Shown here: piece by piece, positions 10,071-20,224 of the stretch
Numbering within the stretch: position 1 is the stretch's first letter
Layout of the letters: every line of letters starts with the position of its first letter
Source: Gammaproteobacteria bacterium
Lineage (GTDB): Bacteria > Pseudomonadota > Gammaproteobacteria > Eutrophobiales > Eutrophobiaceae
NCBI GenBank assembly: GCA_965116495.1
Contig: OZ220696.1
Coordinates: 64,001 to 128,000 of the forward strand
Direction of reading: 5' to 3'
DNA length: 64,000 bases
Translations under genes and position numbers: made by a program
The notes under the pieces: generated by a model
Database searches by the model: none
What the model saw: the letters and a program-made list of their open reading frames with translations, nothing else
What the model was told of the DNA's origin: nothing

Positions 10071-11138
10071 TCAGGGGCAGAATGCCTCATTGACCGCATC
10101 ACTCAGCCCGGCAAATTGTTCCAGGGCAGAGTTTGCAGCATTGATCTGTCCCCTCGCCCTGATCTCACTGTGTGTGCTGTGGCTGCTGAACCGCTCCGAG
10201 TCCCATGAGAAATAATCCTCGTTCAAGGCATCGGCACAGAAGCGGGCGGCCAACTCGAGGTATATCGTCAATGTTGCCGGCGGAATGGCGAGCCACTCCT
10301 CCCGTGTAAGCAACGTTCCAGCATGCCTGGCATAGCCTCTGAGCGCCGCGCGGCAGTGTGCCATTGAGAAATACCCGTCAGTCGTATCTTCGCCTGACGG
10401 GTTACACCAGGAACGCAGGGCGTCGCCCAGTTCCAGGTAAACCGGCATCTTGTTCAAGGTATCGAAATCCACCATGCATTTCACTTCCCGGTCATCGCTT
10501 GTGAAGATAAAGTTGGATATTTTCGGGTCACCGTGTACCAGCCTCCCGGCAACTGGGGGCAACCTGGGGAGTTGTTCCAGGCGCATCAGGATGGTTTCTC
10601 CCAGCGGTTTGATCGCGCTGTATCTTTTATGACTCCTGTTATTCTCCAGCGTGTTTTTCAGATGCAGGGTATGGCGGGACGTATCATGGGTGCCCGGCCG
10701 GGAGGTCTGTAACTCATAATCGAGCAGCGCCAGTCCGGTATGCAGGCGTCCCAGCATGGCGCCTGCCGCCCCTGCCTGCCCCGGCTGTTTCAGACGCTGA
10801 TGAATATTACCGCTGATATAACTGAATAAGCGCCAGATTTGGCCTGATTCCCGGTAAAATAGCATCCCGTGCCGGTCAGGCAGCAGCCTGGGGGTCAATA
10901 TGCCTGATTTCTCCAGGTGGCGGGTTACCACATCGATATCCAGGTTCACTTCAGGAGGAAACATCCTGTTTACAGCCTGCAGGATATATTCCGGTCCATT
11001 GACATCCATGACTCGATAGGTCTTGTTGATCAGGCCGCTTTCAACAGGTCGAACTCGGGCGGGACTGATTGCGTAAGCCGCGAGGACGTCACGGATATGG
11101 GCAGGTATCGGCGCTGTCATGACATGACAGAATCTCAC
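10071..11138 (-). CDS. Aminoglycoside-phosphotransferase (APH)-family kinase, N-acetylhexosamine-kinase-like
   Basis: GLINKTY, HGDPKISNF, VDFDT motifs. Confidence 0.8.
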   Translation of the reverse strand: MRFCHVMTAPIPAHIRDVLAAYAISPARVRPVESGLINKTYRVMDVNGPEYILQAVNRMFPPEVNLDIDVVTRHLEKSGILTPRLLPDRHGMLFYRESGQIWRLFSYISGNIHQRLKQPGQAGAAGAMLGRLHTGLALLDYELQTSRPGTHDTSRHTLHLKNTLENNRSHKRYSAIKPLGETILMRLEQLPRLPPVAGRLVHGDPKISNFIFTSDDREVKCMVDFDTLNKMPVYLELGDALRSWCNPSGEDTTDGYFSMAHCRAALRGYARHAGTLLTREEWLAIPPATLTIYLELAARFCADALNEDYFSWDSERFSSHSTHSEIRARGQINAANSALEQFAGLSDAVNEAFCP

Positions 11139-11246
11139 ACCGGTTGATTACATGCAATTTCAGTTTCCGGCTAAAATCCGGATATCAACCGGCGGACAGA
11201 CACTTCCAGGCCGGGGGAAAGCCGCACAATGACGGTGACGGGAAAC

Positions 11247-11282
11247 GTACCGGCAGTACCGGCAGTACCGGCGGTACCGGCA
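11247..11282. repeat. Tandem repeat, 4 x 9 bp GTACCGGC(A/G)
   Basis: gtaccggca gtaccggca gtaccggcg gtaccggca, in the divergent intergenic region before the TonB operon. Confidence 0.9.
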
Positions 11283-11540
11283 ATTGCGCGTGTCCGGTTC
11301 TTGTTATAGAATAATCAATGATTGGACCTGGGGCCGGAATTCAGTTTTTCATATTCATTTAATATTTACTATTGTATAATCGCCGCTTGTCTGCTTGACT
11401 CTCGCCTGAACGGGCAGAATAATTTAAAAAAACTACGTGTGGATATCAAAAAGCCGATCAACTGAAGTGGATTAAGCAGTCCATATGCAGGGATTTTTGA
11501 GATTTGCCTTATATTATCACCGCGGGGAGGTTATTTCCTT

Positions 11541-12320
11541 ATGGGTATTATGAAAATATTAGTAACTTTGAAGAAGTTATTAGTGTTGGGTCTTATATTC
11601 GGATTCAGTTCGATCAGTTATAGCCAGGATGCGGTTGACGAGGTTGTGGAAGAGGGTGTTGCCCGTAACCAGGATGCTGTCGAGTCGCAGAAACGTATCG
11701 ACACAACGGCGAGTGAGGCGGAGAAACTGGCCTCGAGGTATCGGCGCGAACTGAAAGTCATTGACGGACTGAAGGTCTATAACGCACTGTTGCAGAAACA
11801 GGTGGATGATCAGAACCGGGAAAAACGCACGATTGCCGAATCGATTGACGAAATAGCGGTAGTGGAACGCCAGATCTTTCCTCTCATGCTCAGAATGGCG
11901 AATACCCTGGAACAGTTTGTCGAGCTTGACCGTCCTTTTCACATGGAGGAACGCCGCAAAAGAGTTGCAGACCTGAAAGCTTATATCGGCGACGCCGGAA
12001 TCAGCGCAGCGGAAAAGTTGCGCCTGGTGCTTGAAGCCTATCGAATCGAGACGAGTTTCGGCGGTGACCTGGATGAATACAACGATGTCATCGAGATCAA
12101 CGGTCAGGAACGACCGGTGAATGTTCTGCGGTTTGGTCGTCTGGTGCTGGCCTACCAGACCGACGACGGCAAGGAGAACGGTGTCTGGGACCAGGAAGCC
12201 AGGGAATGGGTACCGTTGGAATCTGCAGAGTATCGCAATTATATCCGCCAGGGATTGAAAATTGCCAGAAAACAGCTTCCGCCCGATATATTCATATTGC
12301 CGGTGAGTGCGGCGCAGTAA
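11541..12320 (+). CDS. DUF3450 family protein (TonB2/TtpB-like component)
   Basis: Signal peptide, coiled coil, LEQFVELDRPF...EER, LRFGRLVL; first gene of the ttpC-exbB-exbD-tonB operon. Confidence 0.85.
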   Translation: MGIMKILVTLKKLLVLGLIFGFSSISYSQDAVDEVVEEGVARNQDAVESQKRIDTTASEAEKLASRYRRELKVIDGLKVYNALLQKQVDDQNREKRTIAESIDEIAVVERQIFPLMLRMANTLEQFVELDRPFHMEERRKRVADLKAYIGDAGISAAEKLRLVLEAYRIETSFGGDLDEYNDVIEINGQERPVNVLRFGRLVLAYQTDDGKENGVWDQEAREWVPLESAEYRNYIRQGLKIARKQLPPDIFILPVSAAQ

Positions 12321-12336
12321 CAGAGGAGACCCAGAC

Positions 12337-13713
12337 GTGAAACTTTACCAATACCTAATCGTTGTTTTATTGCTTTCTGGTTATCTCTCTCCCGCAGTTG
12401 CCGCCGATGAGGCGATGTCGCTTGATTCGCTTCTGGATCAGGTGCAGCAAGGCAGGATCGATGAATCCAAGGAGAACCTGGCCAGGGAGGAAGCATTTGA
12501 ACGTAACAAGGCCAGCCAGGCTGGGCTACTCCAGAAGGCGAACCAGGAAAGGGCCGCCCTGGAGGCGGTCAGTGAACGTTTGGAGAAGGAGTTTGAGACC
12601 AACCAGGACGATATAGACCTGTTGAAACAGGATTTGCAGGATGCCCTGGGGTCATTAAAGGAACTGTTTGGTGTACTGCAGACTGCTGCGGGTGATTCCC
12701 GTGCTACATTCGACGCTTCATTGACCAATATCGAATATCCGCACCGCGGTGATTTCATGACCGTGCTGGCTGAGAAAATGGGCTCCGGCAGCGAACTGGC
12801 ATCCCTGGAGGAAATTGAAGAGCTCTGGTTCGAGATCCAGCGGGAGATGACCGAGACCGGCAAGGTGAAGCGCTTCACGGGGAACGTTGTCCTGCCTGAT
12901 GGGCAAGAAGTGGAAAAAGACATCATAAGGGTAGGCGTATTCAACCTGGTTGCCGACGGCAAATATCTCAAATATGACCCGGAAACACAGAAGATTTCCG
13001 AACTGCTGCGCCAGCCGGAAGACCGGTTTGTCAGTGGCGCCGAAGACCTGGATGAGGCTGAAGGAGGTTTTGTCCCCTTCGGGCTGGACCCGACCAAGGG
13101 CCAGTTGCTGGGACAGTTGGTTGATGTTCCCAGCTGGTATGAGCGGTCCACGACCCAGGGCGGGACAGTGGGCTGGATTATCATCGGCCTGGGCATCTTC
13201 GGCATCACTGTCGCCCTGCTCAGGATACTTTACATGATGGGTGTCAGCATGTCGGTTGCCAAGCAGGTACGTAATGTGAATAATCCGTCCGGCAATAATC
13301 CGCTTGGCCGGGTATTGCTCGCCTATCATGAGAACAAGGATATCGATGTGGAATCCCTGGAATTGAAGATGGGCGAAGCGGTGCTACGCGAGGTTCCCAA
13401 GCTGAGTCGGTTAAATACGCTGATCAAGGTTATCTCCGTGGTTGCCCCGTTGCTGGGGTTGCTGGGAACGGTTATCGGTATGATCGTGACGTTCCAGTCC
13501 ATCACCTTGTTCGGTACCGGTGACCCGAAACTCATGGCAGGCGGTATTTCACAGGCCTTGATTACCACCATGCTGGGCTTGTGCGTTGCCATTCCGACGG
13601 TGTTCCTGCACAGCATGATGGCCGGCCAGAGCCGCAGGATCATCGAGACACTGGAAGGGCAGGCAACCGGTTTTGTCGCAGAGGCATCGGAGCAACAGCA
13701 CCGGACAGCATGA
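12337..13713 (+). CDS. Long MotA/TolQ/ExbB-family protein (TtpC-like)
   Basis: GTG start after GAGGAG; APLLGLLGTVIGMI and GGISQALITT proton-channel motifs; long periplasmic N-terminus. Confidence 0.88.
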   Translation: MKLYQYLIVVLLLSGYLSPAVAADEAMSLDSLLDQVQQGRIDESKENLAREEAFERNKASQAGLLQKANQERAALEAVSERLEKEFETNQDDIDLLKQDLQDALGSLKELFGVLQTAAGDSRATFDASLTNIEYPHRGDFMTVLAEKMGSGSELASLEEIEELWFEIQREMTETGKVKRFTGNVVLPDGQEVEKDIIRVGVFNLVADGKYLKYDPETQKISELLRQPEDRFVSGAEDLDEAEGGFVPFGLDPTKGQLLGQLVDVPSWYERSTTQGGTVGWIIIGLGIFGITVALLRILYMMGVSMSVAKQVRNVNNPSGNNPLGRVLLAYHENKDIDVESLELKMGEAVLREVPKLSRLNTLIKVISVVAPLLGLLGTVIGMIVTFQSITLFGTGDPKLMAGGISQALITTMLGLCVAIPTVFLHSMMAGQSRRIIETLEGQATGFVAEASEQQHRTA

Positions 13714-13734
13714 TTCGGCTTTTGCTATTGACAG

Positions 13735-14316
13735 ATGACTGATCTTATTTATTTAATCCTGCGCGGCATTACCTCCCTGTTCGGCCTCGAGCAGGGCTTC
13801 ATCAATATGTGGGAAGCCATTCGTGATTTCCTGGAACTGGGGGGGCCTGTTTTATACCTGGTAGCCCTGGTGCTGGCGATTATGTGGCTGTGTATTGTGG
13901 AGCGGTTAATTTATTTCTCGTTGCGCCAGCCGCGTCTGTCGGAAGATGCCGTCAAGCGCTGGGACACGCGTCCGGAAAGGAAATCCTGGAATGCCCACCG
14001 GGTGCGGGAAGCCATGATATCGGATGTCAAGATCCAGGCGAATCAATTCCTGGGAACCATCAAGGTCTGTGTCGCCCTGTGCCCGCTGGTAGGTTTGCTG
14101 GGAACGGTAACAGGGATGGTCACGGTATTTGAGGTGATGGCTTTTCTTGGCACCGGCAATGCCAGGGCAATGGCGGCCGGGGTATCACAGGCCACGGTGC
14201 CGACCATGTCCGGCATGGTTGCGGCGCTGTCCGGTTATTTTATCAGTGTATGGTTACAGAGCAAGGCTGATTCAGAGGTTGAGAAACTGAGTGAGCACTT
14301 GACTATGGACCATTAA
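13735..14316 (+). CDS. exbB: ExbB proton channel protein
   Basis: PLVGLLGTVTGM...AGVSQATVPTMSG. Confidence 0.88.
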   Translation: MTDLIYLILRGITSLFGLEQGFINMWEAIRDFLELGGPVLYLVALVLAIMWLCIVERLIYFSLRQPRLSEDAVKRWDTRPERKSWNAHRVREAMISDVKIQANQFLGTIKVCVALCPLVGLLGTVTGMVTVFEVMAFLGTGNARAMAAGVSQATVPTMSGMVAALSGYFISVWLQSKADSEVEKLSEHLTMDH

Positions 14317-14342
14317 CATATCTGCTGTGAGGAAGGTTAAAC

Positions 14343-14744
14343 ATGCGTAGAATCACCAGTGTATCCACCGATGACGAATCAGAGGTCAATATCACGCCTT
14401 TGATTGATATCGTATTCATCATGCTGATTTTCTTCATCGTGACTGCAACCTTTGTCAAGGAGGCGGGCATCGATGTGAACAAACCTGACGCACCGACTGC
14501 CGAAGTGAAGAAAAAAGCGAACATCCTGATAGCCATTGACGCCAACAACAATATCTGGCTGGACCGCAGGAAGATCGATGTCCGCTCCGTCATTCCGAAT
14601 ATCAAACGCCTGCGCTCCGAGAACCCGGAGGGATCAGTTGTCATACAGGCGGATGAGGAGTCCAAGAATAAAATGCTGGTCGAGGTCATGGACGCGGCGC
14701 GCCAGGCAGGCGTGACCAATATAGCGCTTGCAGCCGAAAAATAA
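14343..14744 (+). CDS. exbD: Biopolymer transport protein ExbD
   Basis: NITPLIDIVFIMLIFFIVT; VVIQAD...VMDAARQAG. Confidence 0.93.
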   Translation: MRRITSVSTDDESEVNITPLIDIVFIMLIFFIVTATFVKEAGIDVNKPDAPTAEVKKKANILIAIDANNNIWLDRRKIDVRSVIPNIKRLRSENPEGSVVIQADEESKNKMLVEVMDAARQAGVTNIALAAEK

Positions 14745-14761
14745 CTGCGGGTCCTGGTCTG

Positions 14762-15391
14762 ATGCTAGCTCGAAGCTTATTCGTTGGCCGTTACATCGTA
14801 GCCGGTGGTTCTGCACTGGTTGTCGTATTCGGCCTGTTCTGGCTGATGCAGTACCTGATTAACATAGCTGACCGGGAACTGGATAAGGATGAAGCGGGCA
14901 GGATGCTGGAGTTTGTCCGGGTCAATCCCGAGGAGGTGGTCAACCGTCGTAAGCCGCCGCCGAAAAAACCTCCACCCCCGGATCAGCCGCCTCCGGAACC
15001 GCCGCCTCCTGCCATGGACAATATAACGCCGGAAGCCCAGAGCGTACAGGTGTCGGCAGCCCCGGTGAATACCAATATCAACCTGGACGCAAGCGGGTTT
15101 GGCCTGGCGCCCAGTGACGGTGAATATCTACCCATCGTCAAGGTCCAGCCCATCTATCCCCGACGGGCACAGTCGCGAGGTATTGAGGGTTACGTGATCG
15201 TTGAGTTTACCGTCACCAAAACGGGTACAACCAAGGATATTCATATAGTCGAAGCCGTCCCCCCGGGCATTTTCGACAAGGCCTCGCTACAGGCTGCAGC
15301 CAAGTTCAAGTATAAGCCCCGCGTCGTTGACGGCCAGCCCATAGAAGTGCCCGGCGTACAGAACAAGATCACTTTTGAACTTGAGGATTAA
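14762..15391 (+). CDS. tonB: Energy transducer TonB
   Basis: N-terminal TM, Pro-rich linker, YPRRA...EGYV.VEFTV C-terminal domain. Confidence 0.92.
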   Translation: MLARSLFVGRYIVAGGSALVVVFGLFWLMQYLINIADRELDKDEAGRMLEFVRVNPEEVVNRRKPPPKKPPPPDQPPPEPPPPAMDNITPEAQSVQVSAAPVNTNINLDASGFGLAPSDGEYLPIVKVQPIYPRRAQSRGIEGYVIVEFTVTKTGTTKDIHIVEAVPPGIFDKASLQAAAKFKYKPRVVDGQPIEVPGVQNKITFELED

Positions 15392-15400
15392 CGTTGGAGA

Positions 15401-16747
15401 TTGATGCTTATGACTATTCGCTATACAACGGTTAAGCCCCTGCTTCTTCGAGCGGTGCTGCTGGCGCTTGCGCTCGTTATAGTCCCTGCTCTCGTTGTGT
15501 CAACTTCACCTTGGGTGTTCGCGCAGGAATCATCAAATAAGGGAGAGAAGCGGAAAACCCGGAAAACGCCTTCGATGAGTGAAAAGGTCTACAACAAATT
15601 GACGGAAGCGCAGGAACTGATTGAGGCAAGGAATTACGAAGCGGGATTGGCAGCCCTGAGTGACTTGGCACAGGAGCCGAAGTTGTCGAGCTATGAAAGA
15701 GCGCAGTTGTACAATTATTTTGCCTATACCTATTTCACCCTGGAACGATACAAGGACGCCATATCCTCGTATGAGAAAGTGCTGGCGCAACCGGACCTGC
15801 CTGAGGCGCTGGAAACTAATTCCCTGTATACCCTCGCCCAGCTTTATTTCATTATCGAAGATTATAAAAAGGCGGTAGACATCATCAACAGGTGGTTTGC
15901 CGTGACGGAAAAACCCACTGAAAATGCCTACATGCTGCTGGGTCAGGGCTATTATCAGTTGGAGCAATACAAGAATTCGCTGGTTCCCCTGAATAAGGCT
16001 TACGCCATGGTCAAGGCCCGTGGCGACATACCGAAAGAAAACCTGATGCTGTTGCTCCGGGTGGACTACTTCAATCTCGGCGATTACGACAATATGCTGA
16101 AGATTTTAAAGGAGCTGGTCATCTATTATCCCAAGTCGGAGTACTGGCTGACCATGGCCGGTACTTACTCGGAATTGAAACGACTGGACAAGCAGATGTC
16201 CATCCTGGAAATGATGTATGAAGCAGGCACGCTGCAGAGAGGCAACCAGCAACTGAACCTGGCCAACCTGTACATGCTGCATGAAGCGCCCTACAAGGCT
16301 GCGGTATTGCTGGAAAAGGGAATGGAAGAGGGGAAAATCGAGGAAAATATCAGGAACTTGAGACTGTTGTCACAGGCCTGGCTGCAGGCCCAGGAGAATG
16401 AAAAATCACTTCCGCCTTTACAACATGCTGCCCGGTTATCCAAGGATGGCGAACTGGATATGCGCCTCGCCCAGGCTTATATCAATCTGTACAGGTATGA
16501 TGAAGCCATTAAATCCCTGCGCACTGCGTTCAAGAAGGGCGGTCTGAAGCGTGGCGACCAGGCCAATATCATGCTGGGGCTTGCCCTGTTTGAGACACAG
16601 AAATTTGATGCATCCCTTAACGCCTTCCGCGAGGCCAGCAAGGACAAGAGGAGCCGCAAGGCCGCAGAAACCTGGCTGGGCTACGTTAACAGCGAGAAAG
16701 AAAGAAAGAAGCAGCTTGAAGAGAGCCTGAAACAACGCCGCAGTTGA
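15401..16747 (+). CDS. Periplasmic TPR protein of the TonB2-type system (TtpD-like)
   Basis: Signal/TM N-terminus, TPR-like helical repeats, last gene of the TonB operon. Confidence 0.82.
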   Translation: MMLMTIRYTTVKPLLLRAVLLALALVIVPALVVSTSPWVFAQESSNKGEKRKTRKTPSMSEKVYNKLTEAQELIEARNYEAGLAALSDLAQEPKLSSYERAQLYNYFAYTYFTLERYKDAISSYEKVLAQPDLPEALETNSLYTLAQLYFIIEDYKKAVDIINRWFAVTEKPTENAYMLLGQGYYQLEQYKNSLVPLNKAYAMVKARGDIPKENLMLLLRVDYFNLGDYDNMLKILKELVIYYPKSEYWLTMAGTYSELKRLDKQMSILEMMYEAGTLQRGNQQLNLANLYMLHEAPYKAAVLLEKGMEEGKIEENIRNLRLLSQAWLQAQENEKSLPPLQHAARLSKDGELDMRLAQAYINLYRYDEAIKSLRTAFKKGGLKRGDQANIMLGLALFETQKFDASLNAFREASKDKRSRKAAETWLGYVNSEKERKKQLEESLKQRRS

Positions 16748-16973
16748 TTTGAATTACAGCTGACGCAAAAGTTTGCGATTATATTTTATATCAGCGCAGG
16801 TTTTCCCGGCAAATCTAACTGTAAATTTCCCTGCAGCACAGAATACACTGGGAAATGTTTTATGTTATCTACGTAAATCCATGCCCCCCTGCTGACGACA
16901 TGCAAGGGCAGGCTCTGTATGTTTGAAGCAGGGGTGCGTAATCTGCGGATAAATTACCCACCTGTGAATAATC

Positions 16974-18635
16974 ATGACTGAGTCAGTGCAGCGCGAAGCC
17001 ATGGAATACGACGTGGTCGTTGTCGGCGGAGGACCGGCGGGACTGGCGACGGCCATTCATCTCAAGACCCTGGCGCAACGGCAGGGCCGGGATGTCAGCG
17101 TCTGTCTGCTGGAGAAAGGATCCGAGGTCGGCGCCCATATCCTCTCGGGGGCCGTGCTTGAACCGCGCGCCCTGGATGAACTGATCCCTGACTGGAAACA
17201 ACGGGGACCCCCGTTAAACACACCGGTCAGCCAGGACCTCGTGTACTTTCTGACGAGCGAAAAGTCCGCTATCAGGGCTCCCGGCATCGTTGTTCCCGCA
17301 AGCATGCACAACCGGGGCAATTATATTGTCAGCCTGGGGAACGTCTGCCGCTGGCTGGCGGAGCAGGCGGAGGCGCTTGAGGTTGAGATATATCCCGGCT
17401 TTGCGGCGACGGAAATCCTGTACGATGCTGCGGGTTGTGTAACAGGCGTGGCAACGGGAGACATGGGGATATCCGCTGCCGGAGCGATGAAGGACGCCTA
17501 TGAACCTGGCATGGAACTCCATGCCAGGTATACCGTGTTTGCCGAGGGCAGTCGGGGACACTTGGGCCGGCAACTGATTGACAGGTATAAGCTTGACGAG
17601 GGTTGTGACCCACAACATTACGGTCTGGGCATCAAGGAACTGTGGGAGGTGGACTCGCAGAATTTCCAGCGCGGGCTGGTGGTGCACGGTTCAGGCTGGC
17701 CGTTATCCGGTGATGCGTCCGGCGGTTTTTTCCTGTATCACCTGGAACAGAACCAGGTGGTGGTGGGATTGATCATGGACCTGAATTATTCCAATCCGCA
17801 CATAAGTCCTTTTGATGAATTTCAACGCTTTAAACACCATCCTCTGGTAGCGAAAACTCTGACCGGTGGCCGGCGCCTTGCCTATGGCGCCCGTTCTATC
17901 ACCAAGGGGGGGTTGAATTCGTTGCCGAAGATGTCCATGCCCGGTGCATTACTGGTTGGGTGTGACGCAGGAACGCTGAATTACGCGAAGATAAAAGGGA
18001 CGCATACCGCCATGAAATCAGGTATGGTCGCCGCGGAAACCCTGATGCCCGAACTCGAAACGGAAGGCGCTGCAGGAAAAGACCTGGTTGCCTATGGCGA
18101 CAATTTTCTGGCCTCCTGGGCTCATGACGATATACATCGGTCCCGGAATTTTGGTGCTGCCCTGCACAAGTTCGGACTGTACCTGGGAGCTGCATTCAAT
18201 TTAATCGATCAGTCAGTTTTTTCCGGCAGGTTGCCGTTCAGCCTGCGTGACGGACAAGCGGACCATGAATGTCTGAAGCCTGCGGTGGACTGCAGGGAGA
18301 TCGACTATCCGAAACCTGACGGTGTATTAAGTTTTGACAAGCTCTCATCGGTATTCATCTCCAATACCAACCATGAAGAGGATCAACCCTGCCATTTGAC
18401 CCTGAAAGACGACAGGGTTCCCATAGACACGAATTTGAAACTGTACGCAGCGCCGGAGCAGCGCTATTGCCCCGCTGGCGTCTACGAGATCATTGCCGAA
18501 GATAACAATCCGAAATTACAGATCAATGCGCAAAACTGCGTGCACTGCAAGACCTGTGATATCAAGGACCCGACCCAGAACATTATCTGGGTAGCCCCTG
18601 AGGGCGGGGGAGGACCGAACTATCCGAATATGTGA
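16974..18635 (+). CDS. Electron transfer flavoprotein-ubiquinone oxidoreductase
   Basis: GGGPAG FAD motif, GAHILSGA, CPAGVYE...NCVHCKTCDIKDP 4Fe-4S motif. Confidence 0.96.
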   Translation: MTESVQREAMEYDVVVVGGGPAGLATAIHLKTLAQRQGRDVSVCLLEKGSEVGAHILSGAVLEPRALDELIPDWKQRGPPLNTPVSQDLVYFLTSEKSAIRAPGIVVPASMHNRGNYIVSLGNVCRWLAEQAEALEVEIYPGFAATEILYDAAGCVTGVATGDMGISAAGAMKDAYEPGMELHARYTVFAEGSRGHLGRQLIDRYKLDEGCDPQHYGLGIKELWEVDSQNFQRGLVVHGSGWPLSGDASGGFFLYHLEQNQVVVGLIMDLNYSNPHISPFDEFQRFKHHPLVAKTLTGGRRLAYGARSITKGGLNSLPKMSMPGALLVGCDAGTLNYAKIKGTHTAMKSGMVAAETLMPELETEGAAGKDLVAYGDNFLASWAHDDIHRSRNFGAALHKFGLYLGAAFNLIDQSVFSGRLPFSLRDGQADHECLKPAVDCREIDYPKPDGVLSFDKLSSVFISNTNHEEDQPCHLTLKDDRVPIDTNLKLYAAPEQRYCPAGVYEIIAEDNNPKLQINAQNCVHCKTCDIKDPTQNIIWVAPEGGGGPNYPNM

Positions 18636-18637
18636 TT

Positions 18638-18820
18638 CAATTGGGAATTAGGAATTAGGAATTACGAATTACGAATTACGAATTGGAGGTATGTCACTGT
18701 TTGCCTTAATCCAGCTTTCTGAAAGCCTGCGACTCATTGATAACCAGCCTCCGCAGGAGGCACGTTCATTCCTAATTCCTAATTCCTAATTCGTAATTCG
18801 TAATTCCTAATTCCTAATTG
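18638..18820. repeat. Heptamer-armed inverted-repeat element, copy 1
   Basis: Left arm of tandem GAATTAG/GAATTAC units (18638-18685), ~80 bp core, right arm of the complementary CTAATTC/GTAATTC units (18768-18820). Confidence 0.9.
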
Positions 18821-18825
18821 TTTTT

Positions 18826-19782
18826 TCACTCCCATTCCAGTTCGGAGAAGGCCTTGGAGACGTTGCGTTTGTGGTATTGTTCGTGCAGCAGCCACCTGGT
18901 TTTTTCAGATTTGCCGACCTTATTGAGCACCTCTTCCATGAAGGTCCACTCTTCGATTTCCTTCCTGGTCTCGCTTAACAGCGAGTTCAGGTAGCGATCC
19001 TGGGCGCTTGAAGCATCGGGCCAGGGCAGGGTGATGGCGCCGTGACCGGGGATGACGTGGTTTGCCTGCTGTAATTTTAATGTCTCCATGGTCTTCAACC
19101 AGCCTCTCAGGCTGCCGTCCAGGACCGGGATTCTTTCAATGAAAAGCAGGTCGGAGAGCCACAGGGTCCCGGTATTATTATCGTAAATCGATAAATCGGT
19201 ATAAGAGTGGGACGGGGGGTGCGCATTGAGGGTGATCACACGGTTGCCCAGATCCAGTTCAAGCCGGTCGGAAACGCCAATATCAGGTCCGATAATCGAT
19301 GCGTCACCTGGGTTTTCTCCCAGGTTTGCTGCAAAGTCCGACAGGAAAAAGGAACGGTTTTGTTCCATCTCTCCGATGAGGTTTTGATGCCCGACGAATT
19401 CAGGTTCATACTCTTTGAATGCAATATTACCCAGCACATGGTCGAAGTGCACATGGGTATTTATGACATAGCAAACCGGCAGGGGGGATATGTGTTTTAT
19501 GGCACTTTTAAGCGCATGGCCGATGTTGACGGAACCGCCCGTGTCAATGACGGCGATACATTCATCCCCCGTTATAAAGCCGATGTTGGCGATGTCGTCA
19601 TGGTCAACATGTTCCAGGCCGACGTGTTTCCCCTGGTGAACGTAAATACCCTGGCTGATCTCGGTCAGGTTGAACGTCTCCGTATTGTCCGTGCCGGCGT
19701 AAGCATTGCCGATCAGCGCAAGTATCAACCATGTTCTGGAGATCGTAACCACAATTCCAGGGATGTTGATGCAGGCGATCAT
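18826..19782 (-). CDS. Periplasmic MBL-fold metallohydrolase, SoxH-related (quinoprotein relay system type)
   Basis: Signal peptide; IANIGFI.G, VIDTGGS, THVHFDH, IPGHG, C-terminal ELEWE. Confidence 0.8.
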   Translation of the reverse strand: MIACINIPGIVVTISRTWLILALIGNAYAGTDNTETFNLTEISQGIYVHQGKHVGLEHVDHDDIANIGFITGDECIAVIDTGGSVNIGHALKSAIKHISPLPVCYVINTHVHFDHVLGNIAFKEYEPEFVGHQNLIGEMEQNRSFFLSDFAANLGENPGDASIIGPDIGVSDRLELDLGNRVITLNAHPPSHSYTDLSIYDNNTGTLWLSDLLFIERIPVLDGSLRGWLKTMETLKLQQANHVIPGHGAITLPWPDASSAQDRYLNSLLSETRKEIEEWTFMEEVLNKVGKSEKTRWLLHEQYHKRNVSKAFSELEWE

Positions 19783-19934
19783 CAGGAACGAGATACGGAC
19801 TGAAAAATAAAATGATGGGAAAATGTCATGCTGCCAATAATAAGATATATTTTGCTTGTAGTCTGTGAAAATATAGACTAACTTTTAATTGTGTTCTTTC
19901 CATTCCGATTTTACCGAACCCGAAGGAGGCTTCT

Positions 19935-20162
19935 ATGTTCGAATATGAGCAGGAGATCGTCAATGCTTTGCTGAGCGAAAATGAAAATTTTAAGCGGCTT
20001 TATTCAAGACATGGCGAGTTGAAGGAGAAAGTGAAGAATGCTAATTCCGGGGCTGAACCGTTGGATGGCTACGAGTTGGATAACCTGAAAAAAGAAAAAC
20101 TGTTTGTCAAAGATAAACTGGCGGCAATGATCAGCCAGTACCGCCAAAGCCACCTGAACTGA
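19935..20162 (+). CDS. DUF465/YdcH-family small coiled-coil protein
   Basis: FKRLY..H.EL...LKKEKL.VKDKL pattern; AAGGAGG RBS. Confidence 0.8.
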   Translation: MFEYEQEIVNALLSENENFKRLYSRHGELKEKVKNANSGAEPLDGYELDNLKKEKLFVKDKLAAMISQYRQSHLN

Positions 20163-20178
20163 GGAGCCCCGGCATTTC

Positions 20179-20224
20179 CAGTTACATAAAAGACCCCGCA
20201 ACAGCGGGGTTTTTTATGTAACTG
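20179..20224. terminator. Bidirectional intrinsic terminator
   Basis: CAGTTACATAAAAGACCCCGC-AACA-GCGGGGTTTTTTATGTAACTG between convergent genes. Confidence 0.85.

Noticed and set aside
11541-16747. Six-gene TonB operon with an extra ExbB-like protein and a TPR protein as a novel system
   Set aside because: It matches the known TonB2/TtpC-type organisation described in Vibrio and other marine gammaproteobacteria.
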